A DNA stretch of 63,716 nucleotides, the filler included, from Phoronis australis (Eukaryota; Animalia; Phoronida), in the NCBI GenBank assembly GCA_002633005.1. It is 3 parts of 3 records of this genome, joined end to end, with 100 filler letters (N's around TTAATTAATTAA, not from the genome) between each part and the next. Parts side by side here need not be neighbours in the genome. Positions count along the whole stretch, not along the records: positions 48,000 to 63,716 come from NMRA01001524.1; 2 more parts are not named here. The stretch is one strand, 5' to 3'. Below the pieces are notes generated by a model. That model was given only the letters and a program-made list of their open reading frames with translations, was not told the DNA's origin and searched no databases. A program made the position numbers and the translations under genes. Below, piece by piece: positions 49,721 to 62,044 of the stretch (position 1 is its first letter; each line of letters begins with the position of its first letter).

Positions 49721-52700
49721 GTATCGATTAAAAGGGGCGCTAAATTCACTCTTGAAGTTTGACCCCAAAACCCGTTTTGGAACGACACTTGAATTAATTT
49801 GAATGGATGATAAAAAGTTAGTCTTTGCCATAAGAGTATTTCCGAGGGTCCAAAGCAGAGAGACTTTGTCGTAGCTCAGGCACATTAATAGCGTGTTAAA
49901 GAGTTCCCAACATGACTATGTGTTTCAAAAAGAATTTTTATAATTCATCTTAAGAGATTTAATTGCCTTTAGTATTCCTGTTGCTAAAAAACAAGCCAAA
50001 AACGTAAAAAAAGAAATACTTTTCTGTTATCAAGATTGTACGGAATGGGTGGAAGACACTCTCCACGGTTGTTGTTTTTTTCCAGGGCGATAATAAGTTG
50101 TGAGGAAAGTCTCCGGAGAGCCGCTTTTTTCAGACATTAAAAAGTAGGTTTATGGAGGCTGTATTAATAGAGAATTCACTACCCAAAATAACTGTAGCCA
50201 ATGCTCTCTCTTCGCATACAATGTATATGTACTATATCCACTATGGAGCACACATTTTTAACCATATCCCACATATGTTAAATGTAATTCCACTGGTTTT
50301 TCGCTGGTTGTCGACGAAAACTGCTGCTTATACACAAGGCATTGGCAGTCGTCCATTTCTGGTTATTTGACGCAGCACCGTCTTCAGACGAAGTACCTAT
50401 TGTATAATTAGGAACCTCTATCAAATATAAGATCTGGTGATCAAATACACTGTAATGTTCCAACGAACTATGTCAGATTCAGCCACAAAACACGTACAAA
50501 GCACAGCCCATACACAATACTACCAATGGCACGAAAAATGAAGAGGCACACAGAGCAGATCTAAGACAGAGGCCACTGGACATAACTCTAAGCATTTACC
50601 ACGTCACAATTAGGTTTAAATATTCATCAATTGGAGAAAGGTACTACAAACTAAAGAAAGTTAACACTTGACATCCCGGCCAACTGTACAACCAGAGCTA
50701 TGTCACGACAACCAGATCGGATTAAAAAACACTGGAAAATAACAATAAAATGTCTTGTTTCAGAGTCACGATCACTTGCTTCCAATATTCAAATGAGCCG
50801 CAGTATGCACAAGCAGACAAAACAATGCTGCTAATTCTTATTTCACTTAACAAAAGACTTCCAAAATCTGGCGGTAATGTGATCGTATTCTGCACGCGCA
50901 ATAAAATATTTTAAAAATATAACACAAAGTTTAATCCGCAATTTTGATAGAAGAACCAGAACTTCGATAGAGAACTTTTTGATTGTAACTCAAGCAGATT
51001 TGGCTATAATAATTACATTCAGAAAGATTATTTTGAGAATTTGTTTAACGCTACAGCTTACCACGCATGAAGGCCTAAATCGACCAAAAAGTGAAACAGC
51101 CAAAAATTGGTAAGTTATCTGCTACTTTGGTGTACTTGCTAGCTTAGCATGATGAAGTGCAAACATTTTCAACGTTTGAATTAAAAGTGATCACCAAATA
51201 TGTTGTTCGTCCAGTGTCCACTTTGCTTGTGGATTGGTGGATTGACATGCAAGCCTGTGCACGGGTGTGCGTTTCCGTTCTTGACTACTCTGTCGTTTTT
51301 CAGAATGCACTGTAAATCCCCAAATGTTCACATTATTAGAAAAAATTAAGTCCTGATCTAGTAAAAAAATTGATCAATCAGTGTCAATGGTGCACAGCCA
51401 CGTATATTTCATACGAGCAATAAACTTGGTGGAAAAGAATCCCAAGGTCACAGTCATTTTTCCGACTGTCCACTACTCCGAAAGTTCGCTACCTTCGAAA
51501 GTTCAATACTTTGAAAGTCCACAATTCCGAATGCAGAGCTCCGACTTTTCTTTACTCTGATTGTATACTAATGATTCGGATTTGATATGATGAAGTATTA
51601 TATTTGTGTCCATTTTGTCACCATTTAAAGGGTGTACAAGTGTGGAATATTTCCTAAAACATTGATTACATTGTTCACAAAAAACGCAGTAATACTGTTC
51701 CGATCACTGCCAATCGTGATTCTTGAATCTAACTAAAGGCTCATTCTCAATTAGAGATAACATCTGGGGCGCGGGTCCGGTCTGCGGCGACCAACGGCTG
51801 TTTTAGGGAAACTGAATGAGACATTTTTGAAGACTGGCAGGCACAAAGTAGACTACTACATATGTAACTACATTTAATTTCAACCCGGTCTTGCGAGTAG
51901 TTCCGGTGGGTGAGGTTGAGGTACAGCGGCCCTAAACTTTTCAGTCGCGCTATGAAATGATGCGACGTTGACACGGATTTGATGAATGTATATCGGTTGA
52001 TAGTTCATCAGTATTCCTACTTCATATTGTTTTAGAAATGCAGGTGTGTAATCGTTTCTCCGTATTCGTAAGACCTGCGGGCAGTTTCTCATGCGCATGA
52101 AACACAAACAAAGGGATTTATTACCCGGGCGTTATTTTCAGTATACCTGCATTTAATAACCGAAGTGTCGCATATTTTTGCTTGTAAAAGTATAACAATT
52201 ACACTTCAGTCCGAAATTTGAGATATTTTTGAAGTAGTGAACCTTTGGAAGAGTGGGTTGTTTCTATTTCTAGAGATGTAAGAAACTTAATACACTGTAG
52301 GTAACAAGCAAAAAATATAATGAGAAGAAAAATTACGTCAACTCATGTACGTAACGATGTGCAATCATTCATTTAAACACGCCTGATTATGTTACTTTCG
52401 AATTTGAGTTCCATTCTTTGCGAGAAACACTCACGGCATCCTCATTTCTCGAGAACAAATTCCGTCTTATCTCAGTAACTTAGAGCTGAAACCCATCGTT
52501 TCCGTACTTACAGATTCCTTTTGCTCATAATTAATCTGCGTCAAGGGTCTCGCCTAAAACTCCATTGTTGACGTTTGCAAAATATCAACTGAGATGCCCC
52601 TTTCTCGAAATTCTAACCACAACCCCCGAAATGCTGGCTACGGTTCTGTGATCAGTCATTACATGAAAATCTTGTCACTGAGTCACTCGAGTACTCCACA

Positions 52701-53340
52701 TTATGTGAGCGAAATTCTGAAAGCAAGTCAAATACACTGTTGAAACTTTAGCACTCACAAACAAGATACATCCTAAGACATTCATGGATGATGTCGTACA
52801 GTAGTGTTCGTTACCAGTAGACGACACGTTCTAATGAAACCCACACAGAGGTCCTTCCAATTACAACCGTTGGGATGGTGTATTTGAAAAACCAAAGAAA
52901 TATTTCAAAAACCAGGACCGACGTTGCTCCAAACCGGTGTTTCAGTACAGGAAAATAAATGGAGAAATGTACAACCAAGAGTAGTTAACTTATTTCTCAA
53001 AGACTCGATGTGCCTACTGTTTTGTTTGTAAGCTTTTTTCAGCAACCAAAAACCTCACTTGCCACAAACGGCTTATTTGATTGGAACCGGAAATCCAGCT
53101 TCCAGTTGAAATATTTAAGAAGGTATATCCATCCGGAGTCAACGACGTCACCGGCGAACTACAGCATCTCCCTGCTTAGGTGCAGCCAAACAACCCTGTC
53201 TGCGCTGGACATAAACATGTCAAGTACTTGATGAATCAATTAGTCTGCAAAGATAACAACTGTGGAATCTGGGTTAAGAAAATATGTCTCATGGTCGGCC
53301 CCAACTGCTCGACTGGAGAAAGGTCATTTTCACGCATTAA

Positions 53341-54205
53341 AGGGAAAGGCAACACTTTTCATGTCATTTTAGTGAAAAAATATGGTTCGTTATCATCTCA
53401 GACCTATTTTTCAGTTCATTACACCTTCCTGTAAAAATAATAAAGTATTTATGCCATATTCCGGAAGTGACGCTTAGGGTGTTTAGAATGTCCCGCCCTT
53501 TTGTTTCTGCGTTAGAGTTTACGGTGAGGAACTGTTCTACTGTTGTTTTTGTGCTGGTTCCCTAAAATTAGTGTCGACTACTCTACGACAAGCTAGGATG
53601 TTAGAGTTCTCAATTACGTTGGATTTAGGGATCATTTAGTTTGTAGTAGCCTGAAAATGGCTGGAGTTAGCGAACCCATATCACAGTGATGTGAGTGACA
53701 GACATATTGTTCGAAGCAGTGGTGACGAGGAATTTCTTCACGAACAGTGAGTGGATGGATATATGCTTGAGCCCGAGTATAGTGAGGCAAAATACGCAGT
53801 CACACTGGATGGTGACCTGAGCACCCAAACAGCTTACATGTACATCTCGCCATGGGGCTCCCTCGCCACACACCCATCACCTTCTACATAGCTCCAATAT
53901 TTTAGTCAAGCCAACAATAAACTTATCAAAGTTTGTCTCACCTGCCTGTTCACTGGACAACTAAGTGTCATCCTCACTGGATGACGAACTAGGCATGTAT
54001 TCACTCCCACTACTCAATATCGCTGCAGGGCTGCTTACAGGCGCTGGTCTTGCGACAACACCAGCACAGGGCGAATCACTGCTAGTTTCCGGAATTGCAG
54101 GTTCTGGGGTACGGTTACAAGCACAGCCTGCAGTATATCTGGGATAATCAACGAACCATAATGTATTTTTACTTAGAATGACATGAAAATAGGTTGCTTT
54201 CTCCT
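53341..54205 (-). mobile_element. Kolobok-like family 2, internally deleted copy
   Basis: TTAA|AGGGAAAGGCAAC ... GTTGCTTTCTCCT|TTAA. The interior is homologous to 57384-58565 but lacks the THAP start. Confidence 0.75.
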
Positions 54206-54479
54206 TTAAAGAAATATAAAGCGTACTGAGATCAACGATGTCGCAAGCAAAGTATTATGTGCATAGAAAGAGCAAAGCTAATACGTCTTGATAAAATGGA
54301 AGAGTTTTCCAGTGTAAAATCAATAAAAATTAAACTTCGCAATATCACAAGGAGAGCAAATTAACTAACCGCACCATGTTGAACGCACATTAAGAAAGGT
54401 TTTAAATTCGGATAAATGCATACTAGATTGTAGAGAGAGCTTTGCCGGTAAGAGCAATAGATTATTTCAAATTTCGAAT

Positions 54480-55190
54480 TATTCAGTTTATTTCGTTTGT
54501 AACTGTCTTTAAACACTTGATGAAACTGTGCTCAACCGCCATCTTCAGTTGGTCTCCTACTGTCCTTTATGGTTTCGTCCCTAAACCAAACCATTTCTAG
54601 TAGGCAGGGCAACAGAGTTGATCAGGCTCTGTCTGACGGTTGGTGGTGGTATTGCTGCTGGTATTTCATCCAAAACCAACAAGATGCCTGTTCAGCTTCA
54701 GTGGCTACGTCGGGTTAGAGAGCCTTCTTTCCTGACACAGAAACGCCAAGAGGCCTCGCCATTGTATGACTGAACTAGCCGGAAAACCCCTGTCGTTTAT
54801 GTGGCAGTCATTCCTCAGGTCTGCGGACTTCAAATTCTTCTGTTCACGTGACTCTTCCACCATACTCTCCAACAGGATGGTGAGTTTGATCAGGATGACC
54901 TGGTGGGAACTGTCCTAGTAAATGACCAGATCAGGGCGCTAGGTCGTGTGGACAATTTGCTGTGGGAAGAATGACTGGTGACCGGCAAGTTCGGCCTACA
55001 CTTTTCAGTCGTTGGCTATGTGAAGGATGCTTGATGGTCTTCTTGATTTGTATGCTTTATAATTTTCAATGGGGCACCTCGACGGATCAGATGGACGGGA
55101 GGGAACTTTTAGGTAAAACGGTCTGCTGTGGGTACCAGTGCCGAACCTCCTTTTTGTTTCCCTGCAACTGACCTGCAGGTACATATTACC
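54480..55190 (-). mobile_element. Decayed HERO-like non-LTR retrotransposon 3' end (restriction-like endonuclease and 3' UTR)
   Basis: AND*KV*AEL..FFPQQIVHTT*RPDLVIY*DSSHQVILIKLTILLESMVEESREQKNLK..DL..RGFP matches the RPD..IELTVPWE..RK..KY..RGF endonuclease signature. Confidence 0.75.
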
Positions 55191-55246
55191 AGATTTGTCG
55201 TTTAGCATCTGTATCTTGGTCCATTGTAGCTGAATGCTTGCGTGTG

Positions 55247-55369
55247 CAGTGGCGGATTTAGGGGGACCAAGGGGGCCATGAACCCCCTAAAATTCTCCCA
55301 GCTTCCATTTGGCAGTTCGGGGGTGCGAATAAGCTGACGGGTAAAATCCTGGCTAATACTCTGCCTTGC
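55247..55369 (-). mobile_element. CAGKGGCGGAT MITE copy, truncated by a gap
   Basis: CAGTGGCGGATTTAGGGGG... with the same core as 61888-62044 in reverse orientation. Confidence 0.85.
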
Positions 55370-56648
55370 NNNNNNNNNNNNNNNNNNNNNNNNNNNNNNN
55401 NNNNNNNNNNNNNNNNNNNNNNNNNNNNNNNNNNNNNNNNNNNNNNNNNNNNNNNNNNNNNNNNNNNNNNNNNNNNNNNNNNNNNNNNNNNNNNNNNNNN
55501 NNNNNNNNNNNNNNNNNNNNNNNNNNNNNNNNNNNNNNNNNNNNNNNNNNNNNNNNNNNNNNNNNNNNNNNNNNNNNNNNNNNNNNNNNNNNNNNNNNNN
55601 NNNNNNNNNNNNNNNNNNNNNNNNNNNNNNNNNNNNNNNNNNNNNNNNNNNNNNNNNNNNNNNNNNNNNNNNNNNNNNNNNNNNNNNNNNNNNNNNNNNN
55701 NNNNNNNNNNNNNNNNNNNNNNNNNNNNNNNNNNNNNNNNNNNNNNNNNNNNNNNNNNNNNNNNNNNNNNNNNNNNNNNNNNNNNNNNNNNNNNNNNNNN
55801 NNNNNNNNNNNNNNNNNNNNNNNNNNNNNNNNNNNNNNNNNNNNNNNNNNNNNNNNNNNNNNNNNNNNNNNNNNNNNNNNNNNNNNNNNNNNNNNNNNNN
55901 NNNNNNNNNNNNNNNNNNNNNNNNNNNNNNNNNNNNNNNNNNNNNNNNNNNNNNNNNNNNNNNNNNNNNNNNNNNNNNNNNNNNNNNNNNNNNNNNNNNN
56001 NNNNNNNNNNNNNNNNNNNNNNNNNNNNNNNNNNNNNNNNNNNNNNNNNNNNNNNNNNNNNNNNNNNNNNNNNNNNNNNNNNNNNNNNNNNNNNNNNNNN
56101 NNNNNNNNNNNNNNNNNNNNNNNNNNNNNNNNNNNNNNNNNNNNNACCCAATTTCAAGTGTCAAATTCGGAACACGGCGCATTCGTAACGGAACTATGGC
56201 TAAGTATAGGCTCTCCCGCGATATCCCAGGCGACCGGCAGTGGCGCTGCGCAGTACGACTCCGTTTTCGTCGTCTGCTCCACTGTGCAATGAAGAAATTT
56301 TACTTCATTTTTTAAAGAGAATGGAACCTGAGTGACGATGAAAAAACAGAAGCTGTTGGCAAGATGTGAATTTTAATCGAAGCCTTGGTGAATCACTCAG
56401 AAACTCGCAATACTCTCTTTGTCAAACCTTATCTTAAGACGATTTCCAAAGCAATCCCGTCATTATTGCCAATACGAAAAACGGATTTGGTCTTTTGGGC
56501 ATTTGAAGACTATTTTAAATACGACGCATTTCTTAAGAATTGATGGCGCAAAATATAAAACGTATAGCATTACAAAAAGAAGTAGGTTTCGCGCGCAAAC
56601 GCTGTGGACTATAAACAAGTAGGTCTTTTAGTACACGTCTAGTAATTA

Positions 56649-56721
56649 AATCGTGGTGGTGTAGTGGCAACGCACCTGCTCACTATGCTCCAGGTCGTGA
56701 GTTCGAGTCTGTGCTACGATT
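56649..56721 (+). pseudogene. tRNA-derived sequence (SINE head or tRNA pseudogene)
   Basis: Acceptor-like stem AATCGTGG/CTACGATT, A box TGGTGTAGTGG, B box GTTCGAGTC and a downstream T run. The anticodon arm does not fold canonically. Confidence 0.6.
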
Positions 56722-56809
56722 ACTTCAAGTTTTCCTGTTTGACACGTTCTCCGTTTTTTTTTTTCTTTTTTTCTTGGATAATACTTCAGGAATCAAGGAA
56801 AATGCTTGA

Positions 56810-56949
56810 TTTTTAGAGGTAAAAACAGAAAAATTTCCTCCCCCCATTCGGTGCTACGCGCATCTACAATCGTGGTGCAGTTTGCGCAAATGCCTACAGC
56901 CGAACAAAAAGTTGGGCCCCCCCCTTGTGATATCCTAGATCCGCCACTG
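56810..56949. mobile_element. Partial MITE ending in GATCCGCCACTG
   Basis: Right terminus CCCCCCCTTGTGATATCCTAGATCCGCCACTG. The left end was not recognised. Confidence 0.45.
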
Positions 56950-57383
56950 CTTTCGGATACTCAAATGAGGGGGCTCTAGTATACATGTACATGTGTAATC
57001 CTACACAGAAGCTTAGCAATAAATTTTTAGGATGAAATTATTGTAATCGAATTAAATTTTTGCCAAGTTATTTTTGCTACGGTTGTGGCTAAACTATTAT
57101 TCATTTGTTTTGGAGCTGCAACAGAGTGCAAATAATCTGGCGTTACCTTTCTCATATTTGTAAACCATACTTTCAATGTTGATGCTACCATATCAGAAGC
57201 TTTATATGTCTTTTATTTTCAATTTAAGAATTTAGGTATATAATCCAATTTTATGTTTGGCGGCAATGCAGATAATCAAGAAATTCAGTAGTTTTCGAGA
57301 CTGTGTACACATGTACATGTATTTGTCTGCTTCAAATCTCCGAAATTGGAGCTCCCAGTCGTACTCTACCTCTGCCAGCTTAA

Positions 57384-58565
57384 AGGCGAAGGCAACCTTT
57401 TTTCATGTCATTTTTAGCAAAAATAAGGTTCGTTCATTATCCAAGACATATTTTTCACTTATTTACTGCTTTTCGTAATTTAATTAATTACTTGTCGTCT
57501 ACTCCGTAAGTGACGTTTTGGGAGGCAAGAATTTCGCGCCAATTTCTTTTCATATACACTGTAGTCTGACTGTGAGAGCAGTCGTATCAGTCATTGTTGT
57601 ACCTCGGTTGTGATAAGTTCTGTCGTCGTTTGCTTTTGCTTACGAGTCAGTCAACATGCTACGTTGTTGCTGCGTACTGGGGTGTACTGATTATCGACCC
57701 ACTTGCCCGAGTGTCCCGCGACACACTCCCACTGAAGGTGATCTGAGCACCCAAACTGCTTACATCCCGCCGTGTGACTCCCGCGCCATACACCTGGCAC
57801 CTTCCAAATAGCTCCAATACAAGTCCACAATAAACTTATCAAAATTAGGCTCACCGATGACGAACTGTCCTCTTCACTGGTTGTCGAACTGAGACTATTC
57901 ACTCCCACTACTAAACATCGCTGCAGAGCTACTTACAGGCTCTGGGCTAGCGACAACAGCACAGGGCGAATCAATGCTAGTTCCTGGAATTGCACGCATG
58001 GGGTACGTTTGGAGGCACGGGTAACAGTAGAAGAAGTGCCTCCAGTCACTGTATATAGTGGCCACAGCTCGCTAGGCTTCTCGCTTCAAAAATGCACTTC
58101 TCGGGGTTGGCAACGGGGCACTGCCCGGAATCAACAGCGACGGTATGGTACCCTTCTTCAGGCGTTGTTTCGCAGGGACCTTCATCAATTTGGTGTACAT
58201 ATCTGTCATAATCTGACGGCAGAAAATGCTTGCCACACACTCGGTAACCCTCCATTGCTTTGTACGTTGCGTGGGCGGGTAGCGCTGCGTTCTTCACATG
58301 AACGCGCTAGCCAAGTACGGCGAAGTGTGTCATCCTTCGAAAGCGACGCAAGGTACCCAAAGCGCGTGTTAGACGATAATGAGTAAATCCCGGCACACAG
58401 CAACAGCCTGGCATGTTGATTGACTTGTAAACAAAAGCAAACGACGATCGAACTTATCACAAACGAGGTAGAACAATGACTGACTCGACAGCTCTCACAG
58501 TCGGACTCTAATGAAACGAACCTTATTTTTGCTAAAAGTGACATGAAAAAAGGTTGCCTTCGCCT
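57384..58565 (-). mobile_element. Kolobok-like family 2, complete non-autonomous copy with a frameshifted THAP domain
   Basis: TTAA flanks; ~55-bp TIRs beginning AGGCGAAGGCAACCTTTTTTCATGTCA. Minus-strand MPGCCCVPG...KDDTLRRTWL...YRVCGKHFLPSDY. Confidence 0.82.
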
Positions 58566-58580
58566 TTAATATGTGACTAA

Positions 58581-58923
58581 AGCCTTGGTCACAACCCGCC
58601 GTACGTGCAAGTGCGTGCTGTCTACGTGTAAAAACGTGGGGGAAATTTGGCGATCCGTACGTGGCAAGTACGGCCTCCGTGCGTTTTGGTGAATACGCAG
58701 GAGAACGCAGACACGACGTAGCACTTTTAGTGCATGCAGAACTTTCTCTGCGTGCAAGCTGCGTTCGCATTACAGATTCACGGCAGTACGTGTGACGTGC
58801 GTTGACGTACGTCCTCCCTGCGCTTGCCACTCCCTACTCACGTTTTCAGAAAAACGTGGTGCCCGTGGCGTCCGCAGAAAACGTACGAACAATAAACACG
58901 CACGGCGGGTTGTGACCATAGCT
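58581..58923. mobile_element. PIF/Harbinger-like MITE
   Basis: TAA target duplication; TIRs AGCCTTGGTCACAACCCGCCGT / ACGGCGGGTTGTGACCATAGCT. Confidence 0.85.
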
Positions 58924-60767
58924 TAACCGCTTTGGAGGAATTCGTTTGACCCAGCTATTGTGGACACAGGTCAATGCCGTGTGTGTGGATACACAAATAA
59001 TTCACACAAATATGTCTAACTTGTCTTGAATAAATTAAAATGCACTCGGTCTTTGTCAACTCGTGCCCGTTTTGCACAATAAAATTTGAATAGGGTCAAA
59101 CCACTAACGTGAAAAACAATTGATGAAATAAAATATGTTTGTATGTAAAGCTCAGCGATGGCTGCTTTTGTGTTTGTCCAAAGTTTGAAACAGTCCAAAA
59201 TGTAAATTTAGCTTGAGGTGTGTCTTAGGTTCTGGAGAAAAATACTTAAGTTGAAACAGTAGGTGTCGTGGTTTGCACGCTTTTGAAGAATTGTGTAACT
59301 TAAACGAAAATACATCTGGCGGATCTCTGTTGTTGTAACAGGGGCTTACCACAATTTCAAAGGAAACACAAAAATCACGCGTATTCCGTAAAATTTCCTG
59401 TCAGTGCCCATCATAAATCCACCAATGCATGCTTGCGAGAGGTCACTGGTTCTCCATTTCACTTAACAAAAAGTATCTGGCAGCAATTACCATCTACTTT
59501 TGACACGGCCATTGGCTTCAGATGTTTTGTGCACGAGAAAACGTGTTGCTCAATGGTTTTTAGATTAACTAAAATCTACATTACGTTTTGATTTCAATGT
59601 CCTTCAGTTAATGTAGATCACCAGGTTTGTCTACCGCTAACTACAGTAAGCATGGGTCAGAGGCAGGTTGCGCCACGTGACTGTGCTTTCAGTGCCCCCT
59701 ATTAAAGAACAAATTATCTCTTGAATCAATTTCCATTATGTGAGTTATTAATGTGAAAACTGCTTGTGACAAGCCAGTCTCTTGACCCACCCTCTAAAGA
59801 AAACCGTTCGTCTCTTATGATGATGTTTTTTTTCTTGAGAGTTGCTGTTTTACAATATGTCACTTCTTGTTGGGCTGTTCAGGACACAGGGGTCCGATTT
59901 TCAATTGATGGCGTAGTTACATGTACCACACACAACAAACCATTTCTGGGAGGTTAACCTGTAAAGTAGCTTCAAAGGTAGAGATTTTGTCGCATTAAAA
60001 CAGACTACAACTATTCTGACTGACTTCCGTGATCTTTACTCACCACGTAAAGTTAGTCTTACCAAGTACAATGTAGATATACCCTCATCAACAACAGTCT
60101 AATTCCGTACATTACATCCGCTCCTTTCCTCAGACGGCAACTATCGTAAACGAGAAAACATATAACCCACGCTTAAATGTCAAACACAGCAACTCAGAAC
60201 GAGTTAAGTCCACCTGAGAGTCCGTTCAACAAGAGCGTGTTTAGTTAACTACATAGTCCTTGAGGTTTAAACCTTGTCATTGCACCGACTGGCTAACTGT
60301 AAACAGAGACATCAAATGAACCGGGTACACGTGCTACTGCTACTGCCATATTGAAAAGCGTATACTCACGTGACGCGGTTACTTGCCGTGTAAACAAACG
60401 AGGCGAATTGCTCTTTCAACGTGCGATCTCTAACACAAATAAGGCGGAAGAGTGTGAGTTTTTCCAGAAACATGTGATGTAGAACTTGCCTGTGTTTTTT
60501 AAGAGTTAAGCAGCCGATAGTTTACAATTTCAAACATAACATCGCCACCAGTAGCAGATGCCCGAATGGCCTGTACGGCTGCACGCGTGTTAATCCATTG
60601 TGAGCGATTTAGTATTCCCAAGAGAAACCAGTAAGGTCGCACACACTTATCCTTTAATTCGTGTCGCTCGAGGCAACAAACAGCTTATTATTTAAAATGA
60701 CTTATTCTTATCATAATGACGCAGGCAAAAATTTGAATTTCGGGCTGCAAAAGTGAGGCCACTTTAT

Positions 60768-61028
60768 TAATATAGGAGGGCCCCGCCGAAAGGTGGCCTA
60801 TGAGCGGTGCTCCCTATATCAATATAGAAGGGCCCCGCTCTCCGGTCGCCTTTTTGCGAGGACTTCTATAATAATATCGGAGGCCTCGCCGAAAGGCAGC
60901 AGGAAAGCGGGGCTTGCTATATTAATATAGAGGAGGGCCCCGCCGGAGGACTGCTGACGAGTGAGGCCCCCATATTAATGTAGAAGGTCCCGCTCTCTGG
61001 CCGCCATCCAGCGAGGCCCTCTATATTA
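60768..61028. repeat. Tandem array of five ~52-bp palindromic units
   Basis: Each unit is AATATAGRAGGGCCCCGC - 17-nt core - GCGRGGCCCTCTATAT. Confidence 0.85.
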
Positions 61029-61887
61029 CTACATTATATTCAGGAGTATTAAGTGACGTGCCGCTCACTCTGCTTATATATACCTTCGCCCCAGGTATAC
61101 GCCGGCCCGGTTGGGTGTATTATCACTCGGTTTCGAGTGAGAAATTCTGTATTTTGGGTATTGGTCCGGTGTGCACTTTAGTCGTACAGGTTGATATTTT
61201 GGTTACTGTGCACTTTTTGCAGTTTTAAGTCACAAAACAGGTAGGTCTGAAACAAGCAGTGCAAATCTACAGAATTTCCAAAGTCATCTGTGACATAAGT
61301 CCAGATGTTGGATTTAATTGTTTTGCTACAACGGAAAAATATCTGATTATGGAACACACATTATTAAAGGAGTATACATTTCAATAAAGATTATATTATT
61401 TACAAATATGCACTGACTTAGATGACTGGCGGGTAAGTTCAGGCATACAGATGTTGTCACAAGTGAAAACACATGATTTTCATTGAATACCACATATTTA
61501 CTTATGTAAAATTAACAAACAGCGTCATCATTGCATAACATCAAGAGCTAGTTAATAATTATGTTTTAATTGATATGGTGTGGTCTCAATCAACAAGGCT
61601 TAGGTGGAAACAACGAGTGGTCGCACCGCTCAAACTCTGGTAAAGGCAGTACCACTTAACTCCTTAGCCGAATCAAAAAACGCAATGATTGGACTAAATG
61701 ACTCATTGGCAGAACCAAAAACCTCAACTTTGCTACACCGAATAAACTCGGTGACCCGGGGTCTCCACTAGGTTTTTTAGATACAGCTGTATATCGAGCT
61801 CTGCATTGTTTTAAGCCCTTGATCAAATGTTGCTTTTAACAAACGGCAAATCGGTCTACATCACAAACATCATCAATAAACACAATA

Positions 61888-62044
61888 CAGGGGCGGATCC
61901 AGAATTTTGATTTAGTGGGGGCCAGGGCAGAGTATTAGGCAAGATTTTGCCGTCAGACATTTGCACCCCTGAACTGCCAAATGGAATCTGGGAAAAATTT
62001 TAGGGGGACTATGGCCCCCTTGGCACCCTCTAAATCCGCCACTG
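61888..62044 (+). mobile_element. CAGKGGCGGAT MITE, complete copy
   Basis: CAGGGGCGGAT ... ATCCGCCACTG flanked by a perfect 5-bp duplication CAATA. Confidence 0.9.

Noticed and set aside
55202-56292. Long ORFs of 299-326 aa
   Set aside because: They consist almost entirely of the N gap.
56649-56721. Functional tRNA gene
   Set aside because: No canonical anticodon stem-loop could be folded, so it is treated as tRNA-derived.
60768-61028. CRISPR-like repeat/spacer appearance
   Set aside because: The spacers are only 17 nt and homologous to each other, the repeats are degenerate, there are no cas genes and the context is eukaryotic. Kept as a palindromic array instead.
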